DNA of 57,367 bases, counting the filler, from Dugesia japonica (taxonomy: Eukaryota): NCBI GenBank assembly GCA_001938525.1. It is 6 parts of 6 records of this genome, joined end to end, with 100 filler letters (N's around TTAATTAATTAA, not from the genome) between each part and the next. Parts side by side here need not be neighbours in the genome. Positions count along the whole stretch, not along the records: positions 18,173 to 30,388 come from MQRL01646607.1; positions 30,489 to 39,215 come from MQRL01634962.1; 4 more parts are not named here. One strand, given 5' to 3'. Made by a program: the position numbers and the translations under genes. The notes below the pieces were generated by a model that was given only the letters and a program-made list of their open reading frames with translations, made no database searches and had not been told where the DNA came from. This document shows positions 24,970-36,049 of the stretch, in pieces (the stretch's first letter is position 1; every line of letters begins with the position of its first letter).

Positions 24970-25385
24970 GATATGAAATATATCTTTAATGAGTTCCAAT
25001 TCAGAAATTTCCTTTAAGACAGACTCGATTGTGTAATCTGTACTCTCAGCTGGAATAATAATTTCCGCCAAAACAATATAATTTTAACAATCTTATGCAA
25101 ACTCTTAGCCACTGTTGGATTTGAAAATCTTTCTTTTACCAGCTTAACAATTATTCTATCATCTTTAAAATTGTCAATAATTGTTTTGATCGTCACAAAA
25201 TGCTTAGCATAGTACTTCCCAGCATTCAATCAACTTGCCCATCTTGTGAAAACAGGTTGGAGTGGCATTCCAATATATTTAAACAGTTCATGTCTTGTTT
25301 GGTTCTTTGTTTGAGAAGCTTTTACGGTGGCAGTCAAGCATTCAACATCATTGTAATATGACCTAATTATCAGTAGCACACTGTA
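24970..25385 (-). mobile_element. hAT-superfamily transposase remnant
   Basis: IRSYYNDVECLTATVKAS...RHELFKYIGMPLQPVFTRWAS*LNAGKYYAKHF carries the PxPxxTRW..WL.A..YY motif. Confidence 0.72.
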
Positions 25386-27499
25386 ACAAATACTTTTAAA
25401 TTTAAAAAATTGAATTTAAAAGGAGTATTTACATGCTATAGTGAAAATCTTGGTATCGTTGGACTCGTAATCAGAGGACGGACTTTACTGCTATCTCGGA
25501 ATTTTAATCTGACGCATTAGTGAAGAGTTATTAAGGATTTAAAATTTTAAAATCCTTGTATAGACGCGAAAAGTTCATATCTTTGATAGTATTATGATAC
25601 CACTTGAAAGAGAATTAAAAACTACCTATATATTTTGTAAAGAATTGATATAAAAAATGCATGCTTTATTATAAAATCGAAAAACGAAGAACTTTTAAAT
25701 TTTTTAAAAATGGTTTTTGATATCATTTAACTATCTAAGAATTACTAATGATAATTAATGCTGAGTATATATAAACCAAATGAGTGTATTTAATTAAAAA
25801 TTGTTTATTTTTTATCGTGTGACGTAGATTAATTTGATAATTCGTTGAAACTTTGACTGGTCAAAAATATTTTTGACCTTTTGAAAAGTTTTTGACAATT
25901 TTGACTTTATAAAACTTTAAAAGAAGATAATTTTATGTATTCAAAGATGTTTTTACATATTATTAACAAGTTTTGAATGATTTAAAATGCAATTGTCTTT
26001 ATTGACAAAAATTGACCTAGTGATTAAGTAAAAATTCTGAATGTGATATAAAAATAAAAAAAATTAATAAATTAACGGATATATAGATAAAAATAGTAGC
26101 AAAAGTGTTAAGTTTTATTTATTTTAGAGAAGTTATCAACGACACTGATAAAATTGATATTTAAGTAGGTTAAATTATTTCAGTTTATATAAATAATAAA
26201 TTTAATAAATAATGAAAGTAAATTTTGTTTACGTAAATATTTTCTTTTAAAATAATAATAAATTTACTGTAAATATCCTTGAAATTTGTCTGAATAAAAT
26301 TATTTTGTTAAGATTAGTTATGTAACATAAAAGAATGTTTTTTTTATTATAATAATTTTCATGCAAACAAAAGAGTTTGTATAAATTTAATTAACAATTG
26401 TTTAAATTAATTTATAGTGTTTAATTAAAAAGGAATTTCTAAAATAATAGTTAGTGAAAAATATTCTAAACAAGCTTAATAGAAATAGTTTTTGTCTTAT
26501 TCGTATGTTAATTAAAAACTTTATGGTTAGAAAATAACTGAGATTCATAAATTCATAATTTATATACAATTTTACTTTTTATTTTATATTAATTGAAAAC
26601 TATTAAAATAAAAATTCCGAATAAATTTTACGTAGAAAGATTTTTGGAATTGCTTTTTTCGTTTATTTTCGTGATGATTTTAATTTCAGTTATAAATATT
26701 TCGATGTTTTGCAGTCAAAAATTACTATGAAATTCTGATGAGTAGAAAAATTCATACAAATAAATTTACGTTTATAATGGCCCACAATTTAATAATTGTT
26801 TGGATTTTGAAGAAAAATTTATCACGGTTATCAATCAAATTAATATTTCCTCAAAGCAAAAATCTTTAAACAGGATATCGCAGTCGTCTTGGTGAAGTAT
26901 TAAAAAAACAAGGAAATTTATTAAATAAATAAATTTTTATAACTTTAATTTATTGTTGCCAAAACTTATGAAATTATTATTTTGGTATATTTTACAAAAG
27001 TTTTCACATTTTTGTAATAACTCTGATTTAAACAAAATTTTATTTTGTGTTATAAAGTTATAAGTTAATTACTTTAGATATCATGTTACACAGTTAAAAA
27101 GTTTTAAATCTAAATAGTAAAAAAAATTGACGAAAATATGTAAATTGCAAAAATTATGCATATCAGTATGTTTAGTGATTAATCAATTATAATTAATTTC
27201 AGGGTTGTGATTTAGATCTTATATAAATATAATGTAATTAAAAATAAATGAAAGGAACAAAAGTTATTTTTTAAGATTTTATTTAATCATATTAACAAGT
27301 TTTAATTGAAGTTGTCTTTTAAATGAAATATCATAATGCCAATAATTTCTACTGGCAGATTTTAAAATTTTGTGGCTCAGCCTCAAATAAAAAAAATAGT
27401 AAGATTGTTTTATAAATATGTAAAAAACAATGGTAAATGTTTTATACAAAATAAATCATGCCATTTAAAATAAAATTTTATTGTTATATATTTTGACGG

Positions 27500-28255
27500 A
27501 TCAATGTTCATCATCAGGTTGTCATGGATATTGCTCATTTTCACGAAATACAAACTAAAAGAAAAGATGTTTCAGTCATGATTGACAGATTTAGTAAGTT
27601 AGTTTCTTTTGTAGCATAGAATAAACAAGACGAAAAGTCGGTGGTTGGTGCGATAAAAGAGCAGTGGATATATTGTTTTGAGAAACCAAAGTCATTTTTA
27701 ACTGATAGAGGAAATATTTTTGATGGAAAATTAATGCAATTATTTGCAGATAATTTTGAGACAAAACTAGAAATTGGATTTTGAATAGTTTTACATAAGT
27801 TACCGCAAAAAGAAAATTCATATCATAATAAATGAAGGAAGTAGCAGATAGAAACTTACAAGAAGCGGCTAGAAAGTTAAGCAAATATGAATTTGTCAGA
27901 CAAACATGCAGATAATTTTATGAAGGGTAGGAAGTTGTGATAAAGGCAGAAGAAAGACGGTTTAAGATATGAAGGTCCATATAAAATAACTAGATTCATA
28001 AACCCACACCAGGTGATTATATATTTTATAGGGAAGCTCAAACCCAGAAAATTTGAATGGTCGAAGAAGATTGAAACTTAAAATTAGAAGAGAGAACTCT
28101 TATCTTGTTATAAATTGATATATAGTTTTAGTTTATTAATTTAAAAAATTATTAATATTATTTAATTGTAAAACTTTGTTTAAATATTATCAGTTTTGGA
28201 AATTTTGGATTCTTAATAAATAAATATTTATCGAAGAATCCTGTGTCCTAACTAT
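27500..28255 (+). mobile_element. Gypsy integrase remnant with PPT and short LTR-like tail (related to element E)
   Basis: VVMDIAHF...MIDRFSKLV...QWIYCFEKPKSFLTDRG, then a deletion, then RYEGPYKI; purine tract at ~28086-28096. Confidence 0.82.
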
Positions 28256-28449
28256 CTTAATTCTTAATTTTTAAATTATAAAAATAAAAAAACGTTTTTC
28301 AAATATTAAAAAAAAGATTTTAATTTTAAATTGTATTAAAACTTTTTTGAAAACCTATAAAATAATAAACTTGTCAAATTATTTTGAAAAAACAAAAAAC
28401 AAAAATTTATAAAAATTTCAGAAATTTTAAAACTTTAAATCTAAATTTT

Positions 28450-28755
28450 TTAAATTAATTTAGTCGAAAAGGCTATCTGTACATTAATGCTTGGATTATG
28501 AAATTTAATCCTTAGCGCTTCATACATCACTCTCTCCCAATAATTTTAAAATTGTTTAGACAGAATTTTAAAATTTGAATTTTCAACATTCGCATTGCAT
28601 TTATTTTTATTTTTATGCTCAGCAATGTTACTACCACCACTAAAACGATTATGCTCTCGAACCCTTGTACAGAGATGACGAGTAGTCTCTCCAATTTATC
28701 TGGCATCAAACCCATTACATTTAAATTGATAAACAAGGTTAAATGATGACAGTAT
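28450..28755 (-). mobile_element. Penelope-like element GIY-YIG endonuclease 3' fragment (copy 1)
   Basis: NLVYQFKCNGFDAR*IGETTRHLCTRVREH...SNIAEH...FKILSK...YEALRIKFHNPSINVQ. Confidence 0.85.
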
Positions 28756-29006
28756 CTGTCGAAATATATAACAATAAAATTTTATTTTAAATAGCGTTAT
28801 TTATTGTTTTATAAATTAACTTCATTACAAGAAATACAAGAGATAAAATTGATTTCAATAATAGCTTAGCTCTGTAGGCTATTTAGAAACTATTTTTTTT
28901 GAAAGAACTTAATTTAATGCAAAAATTTATAAAAAACATTTATTTAAACAAAATATAATTTTACCAAAAATCAAGGAATATTAATTTTATTTGATTTATA
29001 ATAAAC

Positions 29007-29151
29007 TTTCAATTAAAATAAAAGTTTTGATCAAACAATTTTTGTTTTTGATTTTATTTCGAAAAAGTCATTTCATGACGAAGACAATGTCGAAAATTCG
29101 AAATACAATCAAAAACAAAAAAAATTGATCGAAGCTTTTATTTTAATGAAA
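29007..29151. repeat. Foldback / MITE-like inverted repeat (~55-bp arms, ~35-bp spacer)
   Basis: 29007-29062 is a near reverse complement of 29098-29151. Confidence 0.85.
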
Positions 29152-29271
29152 TCTAAAAAACGATCGATGGTTACTTCCAACAATTATTCTCGCAATAGTT
29201 GTAATTGTACAATATAATAAACTTGTTTGAATAAAATGAAAAATTATGATTTTAATAAAANTATAATTTAC

Positions 29272-29665
29272 CCAGTGTCTTTTAGTAATGCCAAAGTAAA
29301 TTTCGAGATAACATCGTTAAGACTGTTGGTTTTTGGAGTCATTATTTCATTCTAAAAATATTTTTACTTTATATATTTTTTTAAAAAATTTAAACATGTA
29401 AAAAATATTCATCGAAATGTGTTAGAGCTGATCCCACCCCACCTGCATCTTCCAAATCAACAGCATCAATATCCGGGCAACCGAAATGTTCTTGAGCCGC
29501 TTTCTTCATATTTGTAAAATAATTTAAATTATTTTTTTCATAAATTTAAATCCAACCACAACGTTTTCGAGAACAAATGCATCCATTATTTTATAATATT
29601 TCCCATTTATAGATTCTCTTGTTCTTTTCACTTTTTTCGTTATTTTATCATTCCACAGATAATAC
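29272..29665 (-). pseudogene. LMLN: Leishmanolysin/invadolysin-like (peptidase M8) gene fragment, three spliced exons: 29557-29665, 29396-29503, 29272-29351
   Basis: Splices in frame through GT-AG introns of 53 and 44 nt to YYLWNDKITKKVKR...FVLENVV|KAAQEHFGCPDIDAVDLEDAGGVGSALTHFDEYFLH|NEIMTPK...ISKFTLALLKDTG (third Zn-ligand His and Met-turn). The next exon is decayed and no HExxH exon is seen in the segment. Confidence 0.88.
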
Positions 29666-30361
29666 CTGTAATAATACGTTTTTAAAATTTTATTATAGTT
29701 AGAAAATGCGGATTATTTCAATAATGTAATTTGCTTGTATAAATATATTTTCTTTTTTATCAACAAATAATTTGCCGTAAAATATTCAAGAAATATCAAT
29801 TTCAAATCCCAATTTCTTTGATTGTTTCAATCAAAATACGAAATATTGGATGCAAGCAACAAAATATTTTGCAGTATTTATTCAGATGAAATTTTCTGTA
29901 AAAAGATGATGTAAGACAAGTGGGGCAAAATTTTAATTGTTCTCATGGTTCTATTACCAATGAAGAGATTGGAAAATGATTTTTGGAAACCTTCATTAAT
30001 TCGAAATCTAATTATGATAAAATAAAAGAAATATGAAAGTAGAGAACAGATGAAAAATATAGAAATTTTGAAATTCATGTTTAAAAACGATTTTATATAT
30101 ATTTCAAAAAATTTACAATGAAAGCAATTACATGAGAGTTTTTTCTGCAAGTATTATAGATTAGATGAATCAATGATAAAGTATGAAAAAAGCTTACTAA
30201 TCCTTGTAGTTTTCTTGTCAGTGAAGTGGACTCTATAAATTCGACCAATAAAAGAAATAGAAAAGAAGAAGATAATACGAAAAAAGAAAGATTGAGAATA
30301 TTTATCAATGAAAAGATTATGCCACTTAAATATTTATATTGAATGAATAATAATCATGTCA

Positions 30362-30385
30362 CTCTCTCTCTCTCTCTCTCTCTCT
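30362..30385. repeat. (CT)n microsatellite at segment end
   Basis: Direct reading of the sequence. Confidence 0.95.
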
Positions 30386-30388
30386 ATA

Positions 30389-30488
30389 NNNNNNNNNNNN
30401 NNNNNNNNNNNNNNNNNNNNNNNNNNNNNNNNTTAATTAATTAANNNNNNNNNNNNNNNNNNNNNNNNNNNNNNNNNNNNNNNNNNNN
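30389..30488. other. Artificial assembly spacer
   Basis: N44-TTAATTAATTAA-N44. Confidence 0.97.
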
Positions 30489-31629
30489 TGGATCTTTAAA
30501 TTTGTAATTTTTATTCTTGATGGCATTTTATTTGATAAACATTTTTATTGGTTATTATGCGAAGAGTAGATTGTGCATGCGTGTGTAATACTATTTAAAC
30601 AATTGTAAATAACCATAAAATTCTGTTAAAAGTGCTATAACACGATTAACCCTATGGTAAAGTAATAAATTTATTATTGAGTTAATAAATTTTGTTTGAT
30701 TTGAATTATAATTCAAGAGATTTTAGATATAATCAGAAGCATCAAATGAACCTTTATCTGAGCAAGGATTTAATATAAAGTTAGAATAATTACGTAAATA
30801 GCGAGCTTAAGTATTGGAAACCCCAACAATATTAATAAAATATATTTAAACATCAAAATGAACCAGTAAATAATAAAGCCAAAAAATAAAAGAAATATAT
30901 CGCCAATCATGCAGCATAGTCACTGAGCTTCCGTAACAAAATATTGTTTTCATACCCCACTCTGTTAACTCATTGGTTTCCTTTATCATAAGTTTTTGCT
31001 CCATAGAATTTCACAGTGCGTCGCCTGAACTCATTTATACAGCATTACTTTTTATTGATCTTATTTTTCACCATATCAATTTCCTTTTAGTTCTCATTTA
31101 AAAACCTTAAATTCCTTGATTTCGTTTTGTAGCTTTGATTTCTGTTCTCTCATTTTGCAACACCAATCTACTGAATTCATTTAACCACTTTTTTCTTTGA
31201 CCGTCTCGTTTCGCAATATAAATTTCCAGATTTCATGTTCACCGTATAATATATTTCTATACCACTTTATCACAATATATTTTCTCGATCTATTTTACAG
31301 TAAAATGTTTCTCGTTATAACTTCATCACATCATTTCTACTCGATTTTATTTTACTGGAGCACAATCGGATGGCAGTCGAAACACTCCGTTCATAAAGAA
31401 AAATTTATATAGTTCTTTAAAATTCTATAATAATTATAAATTTTACTTTGGTTATTTGTCAAAACTCGTTCCGGTCTCAGCTGGTTAAAAACTGAAATTA
31501 TGCTGTTCACTTTTAAGAAATGAAATTATTCTATTGTCCCAAAAATGAAAACCTTGCTAAATTTAAAGTTGAAATTAGGTTATCAAACTTTTTGAAATAA
31601 AATTATGATATCCTTCTCTTAAGTCTAAC

Positions 31630-31960
31630 GGTTTTATTGCCACAGATGTCGAGAAAATTGAGCTTGCTGGTTAGTCAACCAATCAGAACGGTGTATTCTC
31701 AATTCACAGCCGCTGATTGGATGCTAGCTCTTTATCACTAGGTGTGCAGACCTCTTCTCTGTCGTGTGAAACTGTTTTCGTGCAAACCATCTCGTTCGCA
31801 CTGGATGTTTTGTTGGTCACTTCTTCTGACCTCTGATTAATTGGTCTTGTTGCTATGATAAGTCTTTGTCTGACTTGAGGTGACTAACTTGTTTTGTTAC
31901 TATTTTTGTGTTTAAGCAAACAAAGAACTAGTAACTGTATCAGAATGGCGTGATTTAATT
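31630..31960 (-). repeat. Dispersed repeat with inverted CCAAT pair (copy 2)
   Basis: Inverted homolog of 21150-21480. Confidence 0.85.
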
Positions 31961-32336
31961 AACTTTATAATAATACTATTGTTGGGCTTCTAGGCTTTTC
32001 GTTGTTATTTATCTTCTCTTCATTTTTCTCTCACTTCCTTGATGTATTAATGCCAGGGGTAGATACCTAGAAGCCAGCAGAAATTCGATCAACACCACAT
32101 GTGTTGAGACCATATANNNNNNNNNNNNNNNNNNNNNNNNNNNNNNNNNNNNNNNNNNNNNNNNNNNNNNNNNNNNNNNNNNNNNNNNNNNNNNNNNNNN
32201 NNNNNNNNNNNNNNNNNNNNNNNNNNNNNNNNNNNNNNNNNNNNNNNNNNNNNNNNNNNNNNNNNNNNNNNNNNNNNNNNNNNNNNNNNNNNNNNNNNNN
32301 NNNNNNNNNNNNNNNNNNNNNNNNNNNNNNNNNNNA

Positions 32337-32615
32337 TTATTTCCATAAAGTTCTCACGTTTGCGAGCATAGCAACCTCTCGATTCGCGTATGATCTGATA
32401 ATCTCTGACATCATCCTGTTGTTCACGATGAATGTGAGTTCACTCCATCGACTCATACTCAATCTCTATCTTAAGATGGACATTTTCCGTTTAGTGAGTC
32501 TGGCAGTATCTCGAAGCTCCTTGTTTTCTTTTCGCAACTTTTTCAATTCTGCGCGTGATACCTGTTGTTCGGATAGTATCTCCTCTCTCGTCGGCTTAGT
32601 TATCCGCATCGACAT
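32337..32615 (-). pseudogene. Small unknown helical/coiled-coil ORF (93 codons, one internal stop)
   Basis: MSMRITKPTREEILSEQQVSRAELKKLRKENKELRDTARLTKRKMSILR*RLSMSRWSELTFIVNNRMMSEIIRSYANREVAMLANVRTLWK; homolog at 23151-23336. Confidence 0.65.
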
Positions 32616-32907
32616 TTCTGTGAATTAAACAATTTCATGATGCAGTTTAATCTATAAAGCGTTGATGTATTTAAAGAATAAATATAAATTTAATTAAGAA
32701 TTATCATATTCACTTCAAGTTTTCACCATTGCATGTTTTCAACTATTTGGGGAGCTTCATTTTAAATGTGATCTGAGATATTATTAAAATTAATTATAAA
32801 TGATCTATATATTTAATCGTTAATTACCCTGCTAAAACATTTGTGAAGAAAATCAACGAAACAAAATATATTATAACTTTTTATGGTCATAGTTACACTG
32901 ATGATTG

Positions 32908-33206
32908 TTATGCTAGCGTCTCTTCAACAACTTCTGCTAGTGGTTCCAGATGCGCCATGAGTATGGGAATTGCTCGCTTGATGTCTTGGTTCAATCTTTT
33001 GCCTGTTTGATTGTATTCTAAAAGGTTTAACTTGAACACTGTATTTGATCGCGTATCTTTATTTCTTTGAGCCGGAATTTATCAGTGGCCATCCACCACG
33101 GTTTCCCGTCAGCACCACCGTCCGTCCACGAATCATTAAGTATGGGCATATTGTTACAAGGACCGGAGGTGAATGACCACCCTTCTAACGACTTCCTTGC
33201 TTCCAT
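32908..33206 (-). pseudogene. Small unknown ORF with one frameshift, probable retroelement cargo
   Basis: MEARKSLEGWSFTSGPCNNMPILNDSWTDGGADGKPWWMATDKFRLKEIK / VFKLNLLEYNQTGKRLNQDIKRAIPILMAHLEPLAEVVEETLA*; GC-richer island. Confidence 0.45.
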
Positions 33207-34466
33207 ATTTCTAAACTTTCTGGAGATTTCTAAACAATTTTATCATTCATTTGACTATTTATATTACAAATGACAATAATTTCGAATATTTCACACTCTG
33301 ATCTTTGTGATCTTTATATGCAAGTAAGAAGGTGAGATTACTCGGTGAGAGCTTCGTCTTTTATTGATCTCAGGAACTGACACATCCCGACTTGTTACGT
33401 ATTAATGATTTAAAGATTTTAAGTCGCGTCAATAATTTTAGACCATTTTGTGTTATTAATTATTACTTAAACGATATCAACACAATAGTTAAAATTTTAA
33501 ATTATATTTCTGGAAATATACAACTACTTGAAATTAATTATTCTAGTTTAATTCAATAAAATAAAAACAATTCCTTCTCATAAACAAAAACATTATCATA
33601 TAGATCTATGAAATCAAAACNNNNCAGCATGATTTTATAAAGGGAAATTAATATTTTCAAGTAAATTCATGTTACCCTCAAAGTTTCTGATACTCATTGA
33701 ATACTCCAAGCACAATATTATCACTTGTGTTTCAGTAATATCAAAATATTTTAATATAATTATTTGTTTTAATCTTTCTTTTTCTCTCACAAATATAATT
33801 TTATTTTTAATACTTGGATACTTTCAACACTTTTATACAAATTATAAATAATAATAGATATTCCTTGTTTTATTGACATTCTTCGTTTCGATCCCTTTGA
33901 CTTATTTTCTGAGCATATTTTACCTTANNNNNNNNNNNNNNNNNNNNNNNNNNNNNNNNNNNNNNNNNNNNNNNNNNNNNNNNNNNNNNNNNNNNNNNNN
34001 NNNNNNNNNNNNNNNNNNNNNNNNNNNNNNNNNNNNNNNNNNNNNNNNNNNNNNNNNNNNNNNNNNNNNNNNNNNNNNNNNNNNNNNNNNNNNNNNNNNN
34101 NNNNNNNNNNNNNNNNNNNNNNNNNNNNNNNNNNNNNNNTCTCATTATTTATTTATTTTTTTAAATTCATTTTCTTATTACTCTTTAATTTATTTCCTTC
34201 TATAATTTTCATACAAATTACTGGGGCCCACAAAAAATTCCGTCCCGGAATTTATCTTGGTTACATAACTCTCTTTACACACGTTTGTTTCCATTTCGTT
34301 ACTCTCGTTTACAATTTTTTGTTGGTGGTGGTGGTTGAAAAGATCCTACAAGGCAAGACACTCATTAGTCATAACAGAAAGAAAACTTAAAAAAAATAAG
34401 CAATTATAAAAAATACTTTTATTCTATATATATTAGCATTATTTCATAGTTAAGGATCACAAAATA

Positions 34467-34800
34467 TTAGGTGACCTAAAAAGTTTCCGCGGTTTTTTAA
34501 GTAAAAAACAAACAATTTTTTTTCATANAACAAATATACTTTATTTAATTAAATATGTTCCATTTTGTTCGATCACCTTTCGCCATTTATCTGGTAAAAT
34601 TATAATACCGTCACTTTAGAATTTCTGAGATTTCTGGTCGATGAACTGTACCAGGTAACTTTCGCAGTCCTCTCTTGAAGCCCTGGTAACTCCATTAAGA
34701 AAATTTGGCAGAGACAAAAACAAATGGTAGTTCGACGTTGCTAGGTCTGGACTATATGCTGGAAGCATCAGAACCTCCGAACCAAGTTCTTTTAATTTAT
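34467..34800 (-). mobile_element. Mariner transposon 3' fragment with TIR
   Basis: KLKELGSEVLMLPAYSPDLATSNYHLF...WRKVIEQNGTYL* (34541-34799); TA followed by TTAGGTGACCTAAAAAGTTTCCGCGG at 34467. Confidence 0.92.
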
Positions 34801-35049
34801 TGTCAACTGAATCACAAAATAGTTATTGTCCACTAGATCACAAAAACAATAAATGTTACTGTTTATCTAAGACTATTGAATTTCAGTCTGTCAAAGATGA
34901 TTATCGCAGATTGATTGGGATGCAGTCAAGATTTGGTTTAGGGATGTTCCGATTGAATAAAATGCAACGTAAAACTGCCAGAATTAAACATGCAATGCAG
35001 CATAGAACTGCCAAAGAAAATGTTCATAAGATATAATGATTTAGTTCAT

Positions 35050-35885
35050 ACTGTACTAAGTACGATGTTGAGTTCATCGACCCCAGAAAATATCTTCATA
35101 TGAGGCCGAGAATAGCCATTCTTTGGATTAATTTGGGACAGGTAACTGAGTTCTTCTGGGTTGAATTGGTTCTTAGACATTGAGCATAGCTGTCGAGATA
35201 TCTGATNTAAATAACTGAGTCAAGGGGAAATAGGTCTTTGGTATTCTCCGCAATGGTATTGAAGGATGCTGATGGAACTGCCAAATTATTGGGGTGATAA
35301 CACTATTGGAATCGGTGCAACATTTAGTCTTTTGTTTTCAATATATAATTCTTCATAATCTCTCTTTAACTTCTCGTATTCATCTTTAAGCTTCTCATCT
35401 TCATTCTTTAATTTAACGCTTTCATTTTTAGCTTCTCATTCTCATAGATGAGATGTTTGTTGCCGTTCTCCGGATTCTGAATGGTTCACAAGCTATCCTC
35501 GTAAACCTCTTTCCTTTTTGACTCTCATATTCGTAACTTTCTTTATCTTGCATTTCTCTGTGGATCCGTTCGAAATGAATCCGCTGAGCCTGGATTCTGG
35601 CTAAATTATTATTTTCGATGGAAGCTTCTAGCATTTTTACCTTTCCTGATTCTATTTTATCTCCGTCTTTCGCTCTTCTAACATCATGTTTAATCTTTTT
35701 TGTTCATTACGTACTTCCTGTATAACTTCTTTTCATTCGCTTTATGCTTGATAACACTGGTTTTTCCAATGTTACGTTTGATGGAATAATTCATCTATTC
35801 TTCTTTGCAGTTCTTCTTCTGGTCTTCAAGTGGTATGTTGGAGCACTGGGTATTTGAATTTCTGCATCGATGACATTTTTGTGAA
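35050..35885 (-). pseudogene. Decayed accessory ORF: long coiled coil followed by a globular tail
   Basis: EEELQRRIDELF...MLEASIENNNLARIQAQ...EKLKDEYEKLKRDYEELYIENKRL...QISRQLCSMSKNQFNPEELSYL...; several stops and frameshifts. Confidence 0.55.
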
Positions 35886-36049
35886 TTATAATTATTAATT
35901 TTAGTTCTCTTTATTGTGATACATAAAAGAAGTTTAAAAGTATAATCAAATTATTTAATCGATTTATTGAGCTGGGCTAGTATTGTGTCTCTTTTGTTTT
36001 AGATAGTTTTAATTTGGGTACTTTATACTTTACTTTTTAATCNNACTGT

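Noticed and set aside
32101-32628. Plus-strand and N-spanning ORFs in the ORF track (also 22631-22906, 12344-12634, 37973-38236 and the poly-X ORFs)
   Set aside because: They are antisense shadows of the real decayed frames or artefacts of N runs.
34880-35030. env-like transmembrane segment (FSLAVLCCIACLILAVLRCILF) in the giant element
   Set aside because: Arises from a 33-bp local duplication, the frame is uncertain, and no signal peptide or furin/fusion motif was found.
35050-35200. BEN domain in the accessory ORF tail (RQL...FNPEEL)
   Set aside because: The resemblance is too short to call without a profile search.
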